DNA of 45,421 nucleotides from a bacterium (GTDB lineage Bacteria; Patescibacteriota; Microgenomatia; JAMCZE01): contig JAJYKY010000002.1 of NCBI GenBank assembly GCA_021788195.1, positions 1-45,421 of the forward strand, read 5' to 3'. The translations under genes were made by a program, and so were the position numbers. Under the pieces are notes generated by a model, which did not search any database, was not told where the DNA came from, and worked only from the letters and a program-made list of their open reading frames with translations. This document shows, in pieces, positions 36,272 through 45,421 of this stretch (its first letter is position 1; each line of letters begins with the position of its first letter).

Positions 36272-36832
36272 ATGGGAGAAATTCCGATATCTCCGGAAGA
36301 AAGCGCGAAAATTGCCTCGGACTATTTGGGCAGTCCGGAAAAATTCCGTGATCCTTTCTCCAGCCGGGAAGGGACAATTTATCATTTCCTCTGGGGTGGA
36401 AAACCTTCTTATATTCTTAAGGAAATCAAGCCGGATTCCCAGCCGTTTAAAAAGCTGGGCAAAAAAGCGGAGGAGGTTGCAGCGGGTATGCAGGCTGTTT
36501 ATGATCTTGCCAAAAAATATTTCGGGGACGAGTTGGTGCCAATGTCTTTTATTCCGGGAAAAAACGACGCCGGTGAAGAATCGGTTTTGGTTATCCATCC
36601 GGAAATTGTCGGCCCGACTTTGGAAGAACTGGCCCAAACGGAGGGAGAGGCCACGCAGTTTGAGCGTTTTTTAACTCTTGACAGTTTCCAGCGAACCTGG
36701 GAAGAAATGAAAAGGGACCGGGATTGGAAAAAATTGCCGCGGCACGTCCGGCACTATTTCTCCGCATGCGATATCTTCGGAACCGGAGTTGTCAAAACCG
36801 AAAACGGAGAACTGCGGATTATTGATTTTTAA
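36272..36832 (+). CDS. Hypothetical protein with protein-kinase-like features
   Basis: YILKE, DIFGTGVV, terminal LRIIDF; TAAACT 6 nt upstream of ATG. Confidence 0.55.
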   Translation: MGEIPISPEESAKIASDYLGSPEKFRDPFSSREGTIYHFLWGGKPSYILKEIKPDSQPFKKLGKKAEEVAAGMQAVYDLAKKYFGDELVPMSFIPGKNDAGEESVLVIHPEIVGPTLEELAQTEGEATQFERFLTLDSFQRTWEEMKRDRDWKKLPRHVRHYFSACDIFGTGVVKTENGELRIIDF

Positions 36833-36961
36833 TCTATCCCTGAAAATTGCCTGAACAAGGTCCGACCCTGCAAGTAGCGCGTCTTGATAAGACCTACATG
36901 TTACAATCCTGCCGAAGAGGAACAGATTGTCTTTATTCTGGCAGAAGCCTTTCCCCAAAAA

Positions 36962-37099
36962 ATGGAGACTGTTAAGATTACGAGGGGATTTAAGCGTCCG
37001 TATTTTGTTGCCGCCGGACCGGCCCAAGAAGAACAACCGCAACCGTCGGATGGAGAAAAGCCCGAAACGTCCGGCAACGAGCCCTCGAAAGTAGAATAA
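36962..37099 (+). CDS. Possible small acidic peptide (45 aa)
   Basis: ATG 36962 to TAA 37099, between an extended -10 (TGTTACAAT 36899-36907) and a terminator. Confidence 0.35.
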   Translation: METVKITRGFKRPYFVAAGPAQEEQPQPSDGEKPETSGNEPSKVE

Positions 37100-37106
37100 C
37101 TTTGCT

Positions 37107-37157
37107 TAGCCGAGGCGCCAAGTCAAACTTGGATGGGTCCGCCTCGGCTATTTTTTT
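37107..37157 (+). terminator. Intrinsic terminator with nested hairpin
   Basis: TAGCCGAGGCG 37107-37117 / CGCCTCGGCTA 37140-37150, inner CCAAGT/ACTTGG, followed by T7. Confidence 0.75.
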
Positions 37158-37286
37158 AAGTAGAGTCCCAGACCTTCTTTTAACCGGCGTTGGAAAGTGG
37201 GAATCTGGTAGTATTCGTCAAATCAGAAATTTTTCCTCTCTCTATTATCCTAATTTTACATCCGGGGTGCTAAAATATACTTTCGC

Positions 37287-38105
37287 ATGGAATCGCAAAA
37301 CATTATCGAAGTTTCCGATTTAGTTAAAAAGTTCGGCGTGGCCGGCGGGGAATTTATCGCCGTGGACAAGGTCTCTTTTGATGTCAAAAAGGGCGAAGTC
37401 TTTGCCTTTCTGGGTCCCAACGGCGCGGGGAAAAGTACGACGATAAAGATGCTGACGACGCTGTTGGACCCGACCAGCGGAAAGATTCTTCTTAACGGTT
37501 ACAACCCGGCGGAAAATGAGGATGCCGTCCGCCACTCTTTTGGGATTGTTTTTCAGGACCCGTCCACCGACGACGACCTGACGGCCCGGGAAAATATGGA
37601 ATTCCACGCGGCTTTGTATAATGTCCCGGCCCAGACCAGAAACAAACGCATCGAAGAACTTCTCAATTTTGTCGAGCTTTGGGACCGCCGAAACGATCTG
37701 GTTAAAACTTTTTCCGGCGGGATGAAACGACGGCTGGAAATTGCCCGGGGGTTACTTCACCATCCGAAAATTCTGTTCTTGGATGAGCCAACCATCGGTT
37801 TGGACCCTCAGACACGAAACCACATGTGGAATTATCTTCGGGAGATAAACAAAAATGAGGACATGACTATTTTCTTTACGACCCACTACATGGAAGAAGC
37901 GGATAAGGTAGCCCAAAGAATTGCCGTTATCGACCACGGGAAAATTGTGGCCATCGGAACTTCACCGGAACTGAAAAGACAGACCAAAACTGAAACTCTG
38001 GAAGAGGCTTTTTTGGCCCTGACGGGTAATACCATTCGGGAAGAGGAAGCCACTGTCACCGACCAAATGCGGATGCGTCACCGGGCCTGGAGTTCCAGCC
38101 GTTAA
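37287..38105 (+). CDS. ABC exporter ATP-binding protein (DrrA-like)
   Basis: GPNGAGKST, FSGGMKRR, FLDEPT, TTHYMEEA. Confidence 0.95.
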   Translation: MESQNIIEVSDLVKKFGVAGGEFIAVDKVSFDVKKGEVFAFLGPNGAGKSTTIKMLTTLLDPTSGKILLNGYNPAENEDAVRHSFGIVFQDPSTDDDLTARENMEFHAALYNVPAQTRNKRIEELLNFVELWDRRNDLVKTFSGGMKRRLEIARGLLHHPKILFLDEPTIGLDPQTRNHMWNYLREINKNEDMTIFFTTHYMEEADKVAQRIAVIDHGKIVAIGTSPELKRQTKTETLEEAFLALTGNTIREEEATVTDQMRMRHRAWSSSR

Positions 38106-38109
38106 TAAT

Positions 38110-38856
38110 ATGAATGCAATTTATATTCTCTGGTTAAGGCAAATTAAAAAATACCTGCGCAGCCGTTCGCGGATTATCGGGTCTTTGGGCCAGCCTTTAC
38201 TGTTTTTAGTGGCCTTCGGTTTCGGCTTCGGCAATATTTACCAGCGGGCCGGCGGGGGAAATTACCTCCAATTTTTAGCCCCGGGGATTATTGTCATGAG
38301 CGTTTTGTTTACGGCGGTTTTTTCCGGAATCGATTTAATCTGGGACCGGCAGTTCGGGTTTTTGAAAGAAACTTTGGTGGCGCCGGTATCCCGGTTGTCT
38401 ATTATGTTAGGCAAAACTCTGGGTGGGGCGACGGTCGCGACTTTGCAGGGCCTGATTGTCTTTTTTCTGACTCTTCTGGTCGGCTTCCGGCCGGGGAATA
38501 TTTACTTTCTGCCACTGGCTTTAGGCCTGGTTTTTCTGGTAGCCGTTTTGTTTACCTCGTTGGGGGTGGTAATCGCTTCGCTTTTGGAAGACATGCAGGG
38601 TTTTCAGCTGATTATGAATTTTCTGGTCATGCCGATTTTCTTTCTGTCAGGAGCGCTTTTCCCGCTTACCGGCCTGCCGGAAGTGATGAAAATCGTAGTG
38701 AGGATCGACCCGCTAAGTTACGGGGTTGATGCCGTCCGGGGGGCAATGCTTGGCGCCGGATCTTTGGGAATGGTCACCGATCTTACGGTTTTATTGGCCA
38801 TTACCGCCGCTCTTCTTATCCTCGGGAGCTACTTTTTTGAGAAAATTCAGGTCTGA
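38110..38856 (+). CDS. ABC-2 type permease
   Basis: FLAPGI, DRQFGFLKETLVAPV, FLSGALFP, PLSYGVD. Confidence 0.93.
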   Translation: MNAIYILWLRQIKKYLRSRSRIIGSLGQPLLFLVAFGFGFGNIYQRAGGGNYLQFLAPGIIVMSVLFTAVFSGIDLIWDRQFGFLKETLVAPVSRLSIMLGKTLGGATVATLQGLIVFFLTLLVGFRPGNIYFLPLALGLVFLVAVLFTSLGVVIASLLEDMQGFQLIMNFLVMPIFFLSGALFPLTGLPEVMKIVVRIDPLSYGVDAVRGAMLGAGSLGMVTDLTVLLAITAALLILGSYFFEKIQV

Positions 38857-38857
38857 A

Positions 38858-39019
38858 ATGAAAACAGTTTTCCTTTGTGACGGAAAAAGTCTTGACCAAG
38901 TGGCAAAAAAAGTTAAAGAAGAGATCGATGTTTTAATTAACAACGGAGATGGTCCAGGCCGGGCCGTTGAAGGAAAACTCGTATTTAATCCAGCCGTATT
39001 GGACAAAGAAAATATTTAA
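38858..39019 (+). pseudogene. Possible short-chain dehydrogenase fragment
   Basis: MKTVF...EEIDVLINN resembles the SDR DxLINNAG motif; the TGxxxGxG motif is absent. Confidence 0.35.
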
Positions 39020-39411
39020 AAGAAAATTTTTCCAGGTGTTGCCGCCATATATAAAAGACGATCCGGTCAGGTGAATATAAATAATCTGCCCCAGAGCGAC
39101 GGCTAATAAGGTAATAAGATGCAAAGGGTAGAGCCGTGACAGCCGCCAGAAAAGAAATTTGGGAAATGAAATTTCTCGGGAATCGATCGGGGTTTGGTAA
39201 ACATGGGCAAAGATAAATCCCGAGAGGACAAAAAAGAAGTTGACCAGATAAAGCCCGTTTGCCCCAAACCAGGGGAGGGTTTTGGTAAACAGCTCGCCGG
39301 TTAAATCAAAATGCTGGTAGTGCCACAAAAGGGCAATCCCCAAGGCGGCCAGGCCCCGAAGCCCGTCCAGAGCGGTCAGCCTGCGGGGACAATGGACTCT
39401 TTGTTTCTCAA
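38933..39411 (-). pseudogene. Truncated acyltransferase-3 (OafA/YrhL-like)
   Basis: LTALDGLRGLAA, VNFFFVLSGF, RLSRLYP, NGPAWTISV then stop; C-terminal half missing; start needs one extra base at G4 39385-39388. Confidence 0.75.
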
Positions 39412-39434
39412 AAAAGTTGGCGTAGAATCAAAAA

Positions 39435-39812
39435 ATGAACGAGATTAAAGCCGCCAAGATGGGAATTTTTATTGAGGGCGCCCGGAACAATTTCGGGAAA
39501 GCCCTGAAAGTTTTAGGCACCGACCTGGATTTTCAGCCGAGAGAACCAATTCCGGCCCGGTTGCCGATAACGAAAAATGCCCTTTTGTTTGCCGAAATTC
39601 AAAATTTAGTTGTTACCCTGCGGGGCGAACACGAAAATTTTGTCGATCCATATCTTGATCCCTTAACGATTATGGCCCAGACTTTGGGCGGGAGAAGAGT
39701 TGCAGATAACTGGGTCCGGACCTCAATTGCCGACCCTTACGAAGTCGCCGGCGCTTTCTTCTGGGTGGTTAAAATTATCTCCACCGCTACCGGCCATTTA
39801 CCGGAGAATTAA
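39435..39812 (+). CDS. Hypothetical protein
   Basis: 125 aa ORF, TAGAAT 6 nt upstream of ATG. Confidence 0.6.
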   Translation: MNEIKAAKMGIFIEGARNNFGKALKVLGTDLDFQPREPIPARLPITKNALLFAEIQNLVVTLRGEHENFVDPYLDPLTIMAQTLGGRRVADNWVRTSIADPYEVAGAFFWVVKIISTATGHLPEN

Positions 39813-39826
39813 ATCCTGAATTACTG

Positions 39827-40240
39827 TTAATACCGCGTGTCGAGATAGCCGTAGTCGTATTTGGATCTTTTGAAGGTGACATCGTGGCCGTTAAGATTGA
39901 GGATTAAAGTGTCGATGTCCGGCATCTGTACCGCCACATCATGGCTTCCGGACTTATCCGTGACCGTCAGGGTGGTATCGTCCTTAACCTGATAGTTAAA
40001 CGGCGAAGCCATGTAATTTCTGTTTTTTAGGGCGTATTCATAACCGGCTAAGTTTTTGGCAAACATGATGGTGACGACCGGAGACTCGGCCGTGGCCGGC
40101 TTAAAAGTGGTCCAGGTGCCCTGGAGATTGGTAGCCGGTCCGGGGTGCATGGCGCGCCAGATTCCGGCCGCAAAAAACCCCAGGAAGATAATAAACATGA
40201 GACCTAAGATTTTCCAAAGTAAAAATTTGTGTTTGATCAT
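39827..40240 (-). CDS. Exported small beta-barrel-like protein
   Basis: N-terminal TM helix, LQGTW, TLILN...VTFKR; ATGA overlap with the upstream gene. Confidence 0.65.
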   Translation of the reverse strand: MIKHKFLLWKILGLMFIIFLGFFAAGIWRAMHPGPATNLQGTWTTFKPATAESPVVTIMFAKNLAGYEYALKNRNYMASPFNYQVKDDTTLTVTDKSGSHDVAVQMPDIDTLILNLNGHDVTFKRSKYDYGYLDTRY

Positions 40241-41199
40241 GGTTTTAAGGCGACGCTGTCGATACCGTTGGGATTATGGTAATGGCAGCTGGTTGTTCCC
40301 GGCGACCCGCCTTTGCAGGTGCAGGGATTGGCCTCGCGGGACTCCTTACTGACAATCGTGTCGGCGGCCGTGACGCCATAGGCCCCCCACTGGGCCAAAA
40401 CCGCGTTCGTCATGTGGGCAAAGGGTGGCTCAAGGTTTTGGGTCAGGTAGGTCTGGAAATTGTCGTTAATATAGGCGCCGTTATACTGGGCCTTTTCATT
40501 TTTAAAGCGTTGCAGGGCAAAATCAAAATCCCGCCCGTAGTTATCGGTGACCGCGTGGGCGATAAGCTGGCCGGCCTTAACGTGAGCCCCTTCATAAATC
40601 TGCGAGTCATCGAAATTCATATGGATGAAAGTCGCGTACCAACCGTCAAACGGCTCGCGCATAATCATAAAATGCCGGCCCCGGACAATATCCATCGGGT
40701 CAATCTCCACGATAACCCCGTCAAACGGGGCAAAAACTTTCACCCGGTCGTTAGTCCCTTCCAGACTTTCCAACGGCTTGAAATAATCTTTCATCGAACT
40801 GTTGGGTTCACTGTTGCCGTCATAATCAGCACCGTAATAATCATGCCCATGGCAGGACCGGAATTTATAAATTCTTTCGATCTGTGCCGGATCAACCGGG
40901 CTGGCGGTAATAATCTTGTCCGAAGTTTGCGGATCGGCCACGCCGTTTCCGGCAAAGTAAGTCCGGGGAAAATCCCGCAGATCAACATCTACCTGGTTAT
41001 ATTCTTCACCGACCCATTTGGGGGTTACCTTCGGGGCTACCGTCGGCGGCTTGGCCCACGGCGGCTCGTTTGACGGCGCGGGAGCAAAGATATTTTGCTT
41101 ACCCGGAGGGGCAAAAATGTTTGCCAGGCTGAAAAGTCCCAAGAAGAGAATTAAGACTCCGGGGATAACGAAATATTTGATAAAATCCCCTTTGACCAT
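40237..41199 (-). CDS. Membrane-anchored protein with M23 peptidase-like (duplicated hybrid) fold
   Basis: VFAPFDGVIVEI, ATFIHM, VKAGQLIA; canonical HxH absent. Confidence 0.65.
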   Translation of the reverse strand: MVKGDFIKYFVIPGVLILFLGLFSLANIFAPPGKQNIFAPAPSNEPPWAKPPTVAPKVTPKWVGEEYNQVDVDLRDFPRTYFAGNGVADPQTSDKIITASPVDPAQIERIYKFRSCHGHDYYGADYDGNSEPNSSMKDYFKPLESLEGTNDRVKVFAPFDGVIVEIDPMDIVRGRHFMIMREPFDGWYATFIHMNFDDSQIYEGAHVKAGQLIAHAVTDNYGRDFDFALQRFKNEKAQYNGAYINDNFQTYLTQNLEPPFAHMTNAVLAQWGAYGVTAADTIVSKESREANPCTCKGGSPGTTSCHYHNPNGIDSVALKP

Positions 41200-41370
41200 T
41201 ATTTAACTATGCCACACTCTTAAAGTTTTTGTAAACCCCGAAAGGCCTTATGGAGAAGTGTTCAGAAGCGGCTGGTCGTGAGTTTCGCGGCGGAAAAATT
41301 TTTACAGCAAGCAAGAGTCAATTAAAATACTAAATTAAAAGAAGACCGGGAATTATGCTAAAATCACCCC

Positions 41371-41643
41371 GTGGAAAATAGGATTTCGAGGATACCGGCA
41401 AAGTTAATGCAAAAGATGACGGACAGAAGCTACGTCCGGAGGATTTGTTTGGGAAATACGGTGAGCGGGAGAAAAGTCGGGGAGATTGTGCCGAGAACCC
41501 CGGAGACGGAAGAAGATTTCCCTTTAATGTTTCCGGCCGGAACGAATTTTGTTTTTCCTCACGCTTTCGGCTGGCACGCGCCGGAACCTCCGGATGCGGC
41601 TAATTTAGAACCGGCTTCTGAGTCTCCGACCATGGAAAAGTAA
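41371..41643 (+). CDS. Hypothetical protein
   Basis: 90 aa ORF, TGCTAAAAT 6 nt upstream of GTG. Confidence 0.5.
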   Translation: MENRISRIPAKLMQKMTDRSYVRRICLGNTVSGRKVGEIVPRTPETEEDFPLMFPAGTNFVFPHAFGWHAPEPPDAANLEPASESPTMEK

Positions 41644-41690
41644 GACGGAATTCATACTCCGATCTAATCTTCAGGCTTTAAGTTAGAGAG

Positions 41691-42410
41691 GTGGCGGATT
41701 TTAGCCTGAGAATTATCAAAAAAGAAGAAATTGCCCGGGAGACGATGGCAATTCATTTTGCCAAACCGGAAGGTTTTGAATACCGGGCAGGGCAGTACGC
41801 AAAATTTACCATTATCAATCCGCCGGAAACTGATACGGAGGGCAACAGCCGGGTATTTTCTTTAGCCAGCGCGCCCTTGGAAAAAGATTTAATAATTGCG
41901 ACCCGGCTGCGGGATTCGGCTTTTAAAAGAGTATTGCGGAATTTATCTGTGGGCAGTGAAATTAAAATGGAGGGTCCGCACGGGGATTTTGTTTTGCCCG
42001 GAGACCCGGTCGCTACGGTCGTTTTTTTGATCGGCGGGATCGGAATAACGCCGGTCCGAAGTATGATTGCCCAGGCGACGTTGGAAAGATCTCCGCAAAA
42101 GATTCTTCTTTTGTACTCAAACCGAACAGAAAAAGATGCGGCTTTTATGGGCGACTTAGATTATTTTGCCGGGAAGAACAAGCATTTTACGTTTGTCCCC
42201 GCGATTACCGGGGACTCGGCGGCTTTCCGGACAGGGGAGACGGGGCGGGTGACAAAGGAGATGCTCCGAAAATATGTTCCGGACGTTAACCTTCCGAGGT
42301 ATTATTTTTCCGGGCCGGGCGGGATGGTAACGGCGATGCGCCAGATGCTTATTAACGCCGGGGTCGGCGAAGGCAATATCCGGACCGAAGAATTTCCGGG
42401 GTACGGATAA
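41691..42410 (+). CDS. FNR-family FAD/NAD(P)H oxidoreductase
   Basis: YRAGQY, RVFSLAS, EGPHG, GGIGITP, SGPGGMV, EEF. Confidence 0.92.
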   Translation: MADFSLRIIKKEEIARETMAIHFAKPEGFEYRAGQYAKFTIINPPETDTEGNSRVFSLASAPLEKDLIIATRLRDSAFKRVLRNLSVGSEIKMEGPHGDFVLPGDPVATVVFLIGGIGITPVRSMIAQATLERSPQKILLLYSNRTEKDAAFMGDLDYFAGKNKHFTFVPAITGDSAAFRTGETGRVTKEMLRKYVPDVNLPRYYFSGPGGMVTAMRQMLINAGVGEGNIRTEEFPGYG

Positions 42411-42501
42411 ACGCCTAAGTGCTCGGGAGTAAAACAGAGGAGGGCGAATCGCAATTATTGCCCATCCGAACGCGAAAAAGCGGAAAGTAAAGTCCTCGAA
42501 G

Positions 42502-43107
42502 TTATTTCTTAACCCCTGTTTGGGGGTGCTTTTTTTGAAAATTAGCCAATGCTTCCCGGTAGGCTTTTTCCGAATCCGCGAGATCCGGCGCTTCCCATTT
42601 CCGATGCATTTCCAGAGACAGTTCTCCAAAACCGTGTTCAAAAGCATAATCGAATTCTTCCCGGCGGGCGTATCGGTGAGCTATGGCCACAGCCTGGCCG
42701 GCGGTAACTGTGCCGTGGCTTGCCAGGTCAGCGGCAGAGAAACCCGCTTTCCCCAAAAGCCAGAGTTCAGCCAATTCGTGCCTGATTGCCGCCTGCATCA
42801 CGGTTTGTTCCAGGCCCTTGAATCTATCTTTATTAACGGCGATAGTGATATCTTCCAGTCCTTTGCCGATGATTTTCGGTTCATTTCTGTTGTGTAGAAA
42901 TTTGATTGTAACATTATAGGTGGCCAATCCGCCGCCACTGTTAATAGTTTTCCAATATTCTTCTTCCGGAAGTATCCGGATGAAACGCTCCATCTTTGAA
43001 TAAAACTCTTCTTTGGTTTTTGAATCAAAGCCGTTAATTTCAACAAGATTGCCTTCTACCTTTATTTTTTCTTCACGAATTCCCATCGTCTCGCCGCGGC
43101 CTTCCAT
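42502..43107 (-). CDS. Hypothetical protein with HExxE zincin-like motif
   Basis: IRHELAELW and downstream AHRYA..EE; TAAACT 6 nt upstream of ATG. Confidence 0.6.
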   Translation of the reverse strand: MEGRGETMGIREEKIKVEGNLVEINGFDSKTKEEFYSKMERFIRILPEEEYWKTINSGGGLATYNVTIKFLHNRNEPKIIGKGLEDITIAVNKDRFKGLEQTVMQAAIRHELAELWLLGKAGFSAADLASHGTVTAGQAVAIAHRYARREEFDYAFEHGFGELSLEMHRKWEAPDLADSEKAYREALANFQKKHPQTGVKK

Positions 43108-43268
43108 GGTTTCAGTTTAACATTTTTTAAGCGGTGCTGGGGAAAAATCTAATTAGAGGTCGTTTTTATCTGTGGTCAAAGTAAAATGTAGTCTTCTTTT
43201 CCACGCCCTCGCTCACGATATTTTTCAGACTTGACATAGGACAGAAGGTTTATAAAAATATTAATTAC

Positions 43269-43829
43269 ATGAAGGTTTTTCTGCTTGTTGTCGGTGTAGT
43301 AGTGGTAGCGGCCGGAGGATTTCTCGTCTACAAAAACCAGGCTCATCCGGGTTCAAATAAAACCGCCGGGACAACCAATAAATCTTCCCAGAAAGCAGTT
43401 CACAAGATGGTGGTTGACTGCAGTATTTACGAGAAAAAACCGGACTATAAAAATATGCCGGCTGACCTTCGTGATCTGACCAGACAAACCATGGAGGATC
43501 CCAATAATGCTTTTGTCGCCGGAGACAGGGGCAATCTGCCGGCTGATTTTCCGGCTGTGGCGGATAAATCGAAACTTTGCGGCAGTATTAGGGGGTTCAA
43601 GGCAACTTATTACACCACCTCTCTTTCCGACGACGATTTGTTTAAATGGATGATTCCCAAACTAAAAGCCTATGGTTGTGATACCGAACCTCCCCAACAC
43701 GGGAAGAGTAGTAAATACCTTTATTACATGAACTTTACCTGTCCCGGAGCGAAGGGATTGGTGGGAACCGATCCGGAAAGATTTGCTTACGGCATAATCT
43801 ATCCTGCAACCTCCGGAGATAGTAACTAA
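43269..43829 (+). CDS. Exported hypothetical protein with four Cys
   Basis: N-terminal TM helix, LPADFP motif. Confidence 0.7.
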   Translation: MKVFLLVVGVVVVAAGGFLVYKNQAHPGSNKTAGTTNKSSQKAVHKMVVDCSIYEKKPDYKNMPADLRDLTRQTMEDPNNAFVAGDRGNLPADFPAVADKSKLCGSIRGFKATYYTTSLSDDDLFKWMIPKLKAYGCDTEPPQHGKSSKYLYYMNFTCPGAKGLVGTDPERFAYGIIYPATSGDSN

Positions 43830-43866
43830 CTCCATTAGAGAGATATTCTGTTAAAATATCTCCTAT

Positions 43867-44543
43867 ATGCTCTAAGTAGGGATGAGATTAACATAGTCCC
43901 CCAATACTATCCTGGGAGCAAGCCATTCAATTAGTATCGTTTCCGCTTGATGGTATCATTGCCGAATTTGGTCCTGGAGTATCTCCAAAAATCCAGTTCG
44001 CATTAAAATCAACACAATTCAAAGGAAAATTGGTGCTTGTTGATACTAATGAACAAGCCTTGGTTATCCAAAATGTTGTTTATGGTTTATCAAAACCGAA
44101 TTTTGAAGTCGAAACACGCCAGAAAGATTTATTTGATATTCCATTTGAGAGCTTAGATTTAGTTGCAGCTAATCATTTTATTGATGATTTGGTTGCCGTT
44201 GAATATGCTCGAATTTGGGGATTGGATTACGCGCTTGTATTTAGTAATCCGGATCTTCAGCAAGAATTTTGGGCAAGGGTGAGCATAGATTTGCAACCAG
44301 GAAGGGATATTATGAGAAAAATTTACTCAAAAATTTGAAGATTTACGAAGAAATCGTTCTTTGATAGTTAATACATATAAACCAAATTTTGATAAACAGC
44401 ATGAAATCGATACTCGGGCAACTGTTTGCACCGAATTTCTTGTTACATTCAGTCAGTTTATGCGAGAAATTGGGTTTTCTGATATTGCAAAATCAGAAAA
44501 CTTGTCACAAAATGGAGACTGGCTATTAATGCAAAAGAATTAG
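43867..44543 (+). pseudogene. Frameshifted class I SAM-dependent methyltransferase-like gene
   Basis: Frame open from 43892 with IIAEFGPG and LVLVD, then DLVAANHFIDD; break at A5 44329-44333 joins ORF 44361..44543; start region also out of frame. Confidence 0.6.
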
Positions 44544-44547
44544 TTCT

Positions 44548-45039
44548 ATGGATGGAGTAATCGGGGTTGTTTTTATCAAGGGAAATAAGGTCCTTCTTCA
44601 AAAAAGACGAGATATCCCCGTTTGGTCCCTACCGGGAGGAGGCATCGATAAGGGTGAAAGTCCGGAAAAAGCAGTGGTTAGAGAAATCTATGAAGAAACA
44701 GGGATAAAATCAAAAGTTGTTAGACAAATTGCCGAATATTCATTTAAGTCTGGTAAAAAAAATTATTTTTTTGAGTGTGAACAAATAGGAGGAGCTCCTC
44801 AGACAAGTGGCGAATCAAGCGATGTTAATTACTTCTCAATAGAGAAATTGCCAACGCCATATGACCCAATCGTACCTCAATTGATTAGCGATGCTCTTAA
44901 GAATAATAAGGAAATTATAAAGAGACAGCTTAAGACTATAACCTTAAAAAACGCTGTTTATTACTTCATAACTAACCCTAAAATAGTGCTGAGGTACATT
45001 TATAAGGTTTTCGGCAAGAAGAAAAGAGTTTCTTTTTAA
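44548..45039 (+). CDS. NUDIX hydrolase
   Basis: WSLPGGGIDKGESPEKAVVREIYEETG. Confidence 0.92.
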   Translation: MDGVIGVVFIKGNKVLLQKRRDIPVWSLPGGGIDKGESPEKAVVREIYEETGIKSKVVRQIAEYSFKSGKKNYFFECEQIGGAPQTSGESSDVNYFSIEKLPTPYDPIVPQLISDALKNNKEIIKRQLKTITLKNAVYYFITNPKIVLRYIYKVFGKKKRVSF

Positions 45040-45042
45040 TTT

Positions 45043-45421
45043 TTAATATTGAAAGGAATTCTTTATTAATATCTTCTGTGCGTGTTTAGTATAGCGACAG
45101 CACATAGAAACGTTTGTACCCGAAAGAATATGATTCGACCTGCGCCAGAAAATTCAATTTCTTCTAAATTATCTATGTCTTGTGGAATTCCCGAAAAAAG
45201 ATCCACATAATCTCCGGATTTATAAACAGGACCTTTAGAGTTAAAACATTTATAGTCACTCGAGGGGATATAGTTGAACTTGTTTATTAAAGGTTTAAAG
45301 TCTGATAACTTTTTTAGTTCGCACTGAGATAGTAACGAAATATAAGTTTGTAGTTCTCGTCCTTTCCAAAGTCTCCAATTAAAGGGTTAATGGCTACTTT
45401 TGGGGAAACTGTATCTGTTTG
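45043..45421 (-). pseudogene. 3' part of a frameshifted AT-rich gene running off the window
   Basis: Long open stretch (GRELQTYISLL...FSGAGRIIF) with apparent frame switches at both ends. Confidence 0.3.

Noticed and set aside
40276..41073. 265 aa plus-strand ORF
   Set aside because: Antisense shadow of the M23-like gene, no motifs
45043..45180. Isochorismatase-like motif (IIFFSGTNVSMCCRYT) on the minus strand
   Set aside because: Needs an assumed frameshift and the match is weak

Overview
Bacterial chromosomal window, most consistent with a Patescibacteria (CPR, Microgenomates-like) genome. This is inferred from the short EF-Ts and ProRS, rpsB-tsf-frr without pyrH, AT-rich heptamer repeats and a PaaX/Cas2-like gene. 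The left half is mostly housekeeping: tmk, rpsB-tsf-frr-rseP-proS, dinB, rpsU-yqeY-ybeY-dnaX-ybaB-recR and cysS. The centre holds a metal-homeostasis cluster (ZIP, csoR-copA, TauE/cupredoxin, copZ), a DEDDh/GIY-YIG nuclease, a PAP2-like/DUF2207 fusion and alpha-glucan genes. The right end is accessory, with an ABC exporter, gene fragments and an AT-rich degraded tail. No rRNA, tRNA, CRISPR array or transposase was recognised. Best leads: (1) a wHTH/Cas2-like gene bracketed by two copies of the same 26-30 bp palindrome; (2) a small protein coupled to dinB under a direct-repeat LexA-like box; (3) a pseudoknotted rpsB leader; (4) repeat families inserted between and inside genes; (5) pervasive leaderless promoter geometry. 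Several single-base frameshifts in homopolymers may be assembly errors. All family assignments come from reading motifs by eye; no searches were run.
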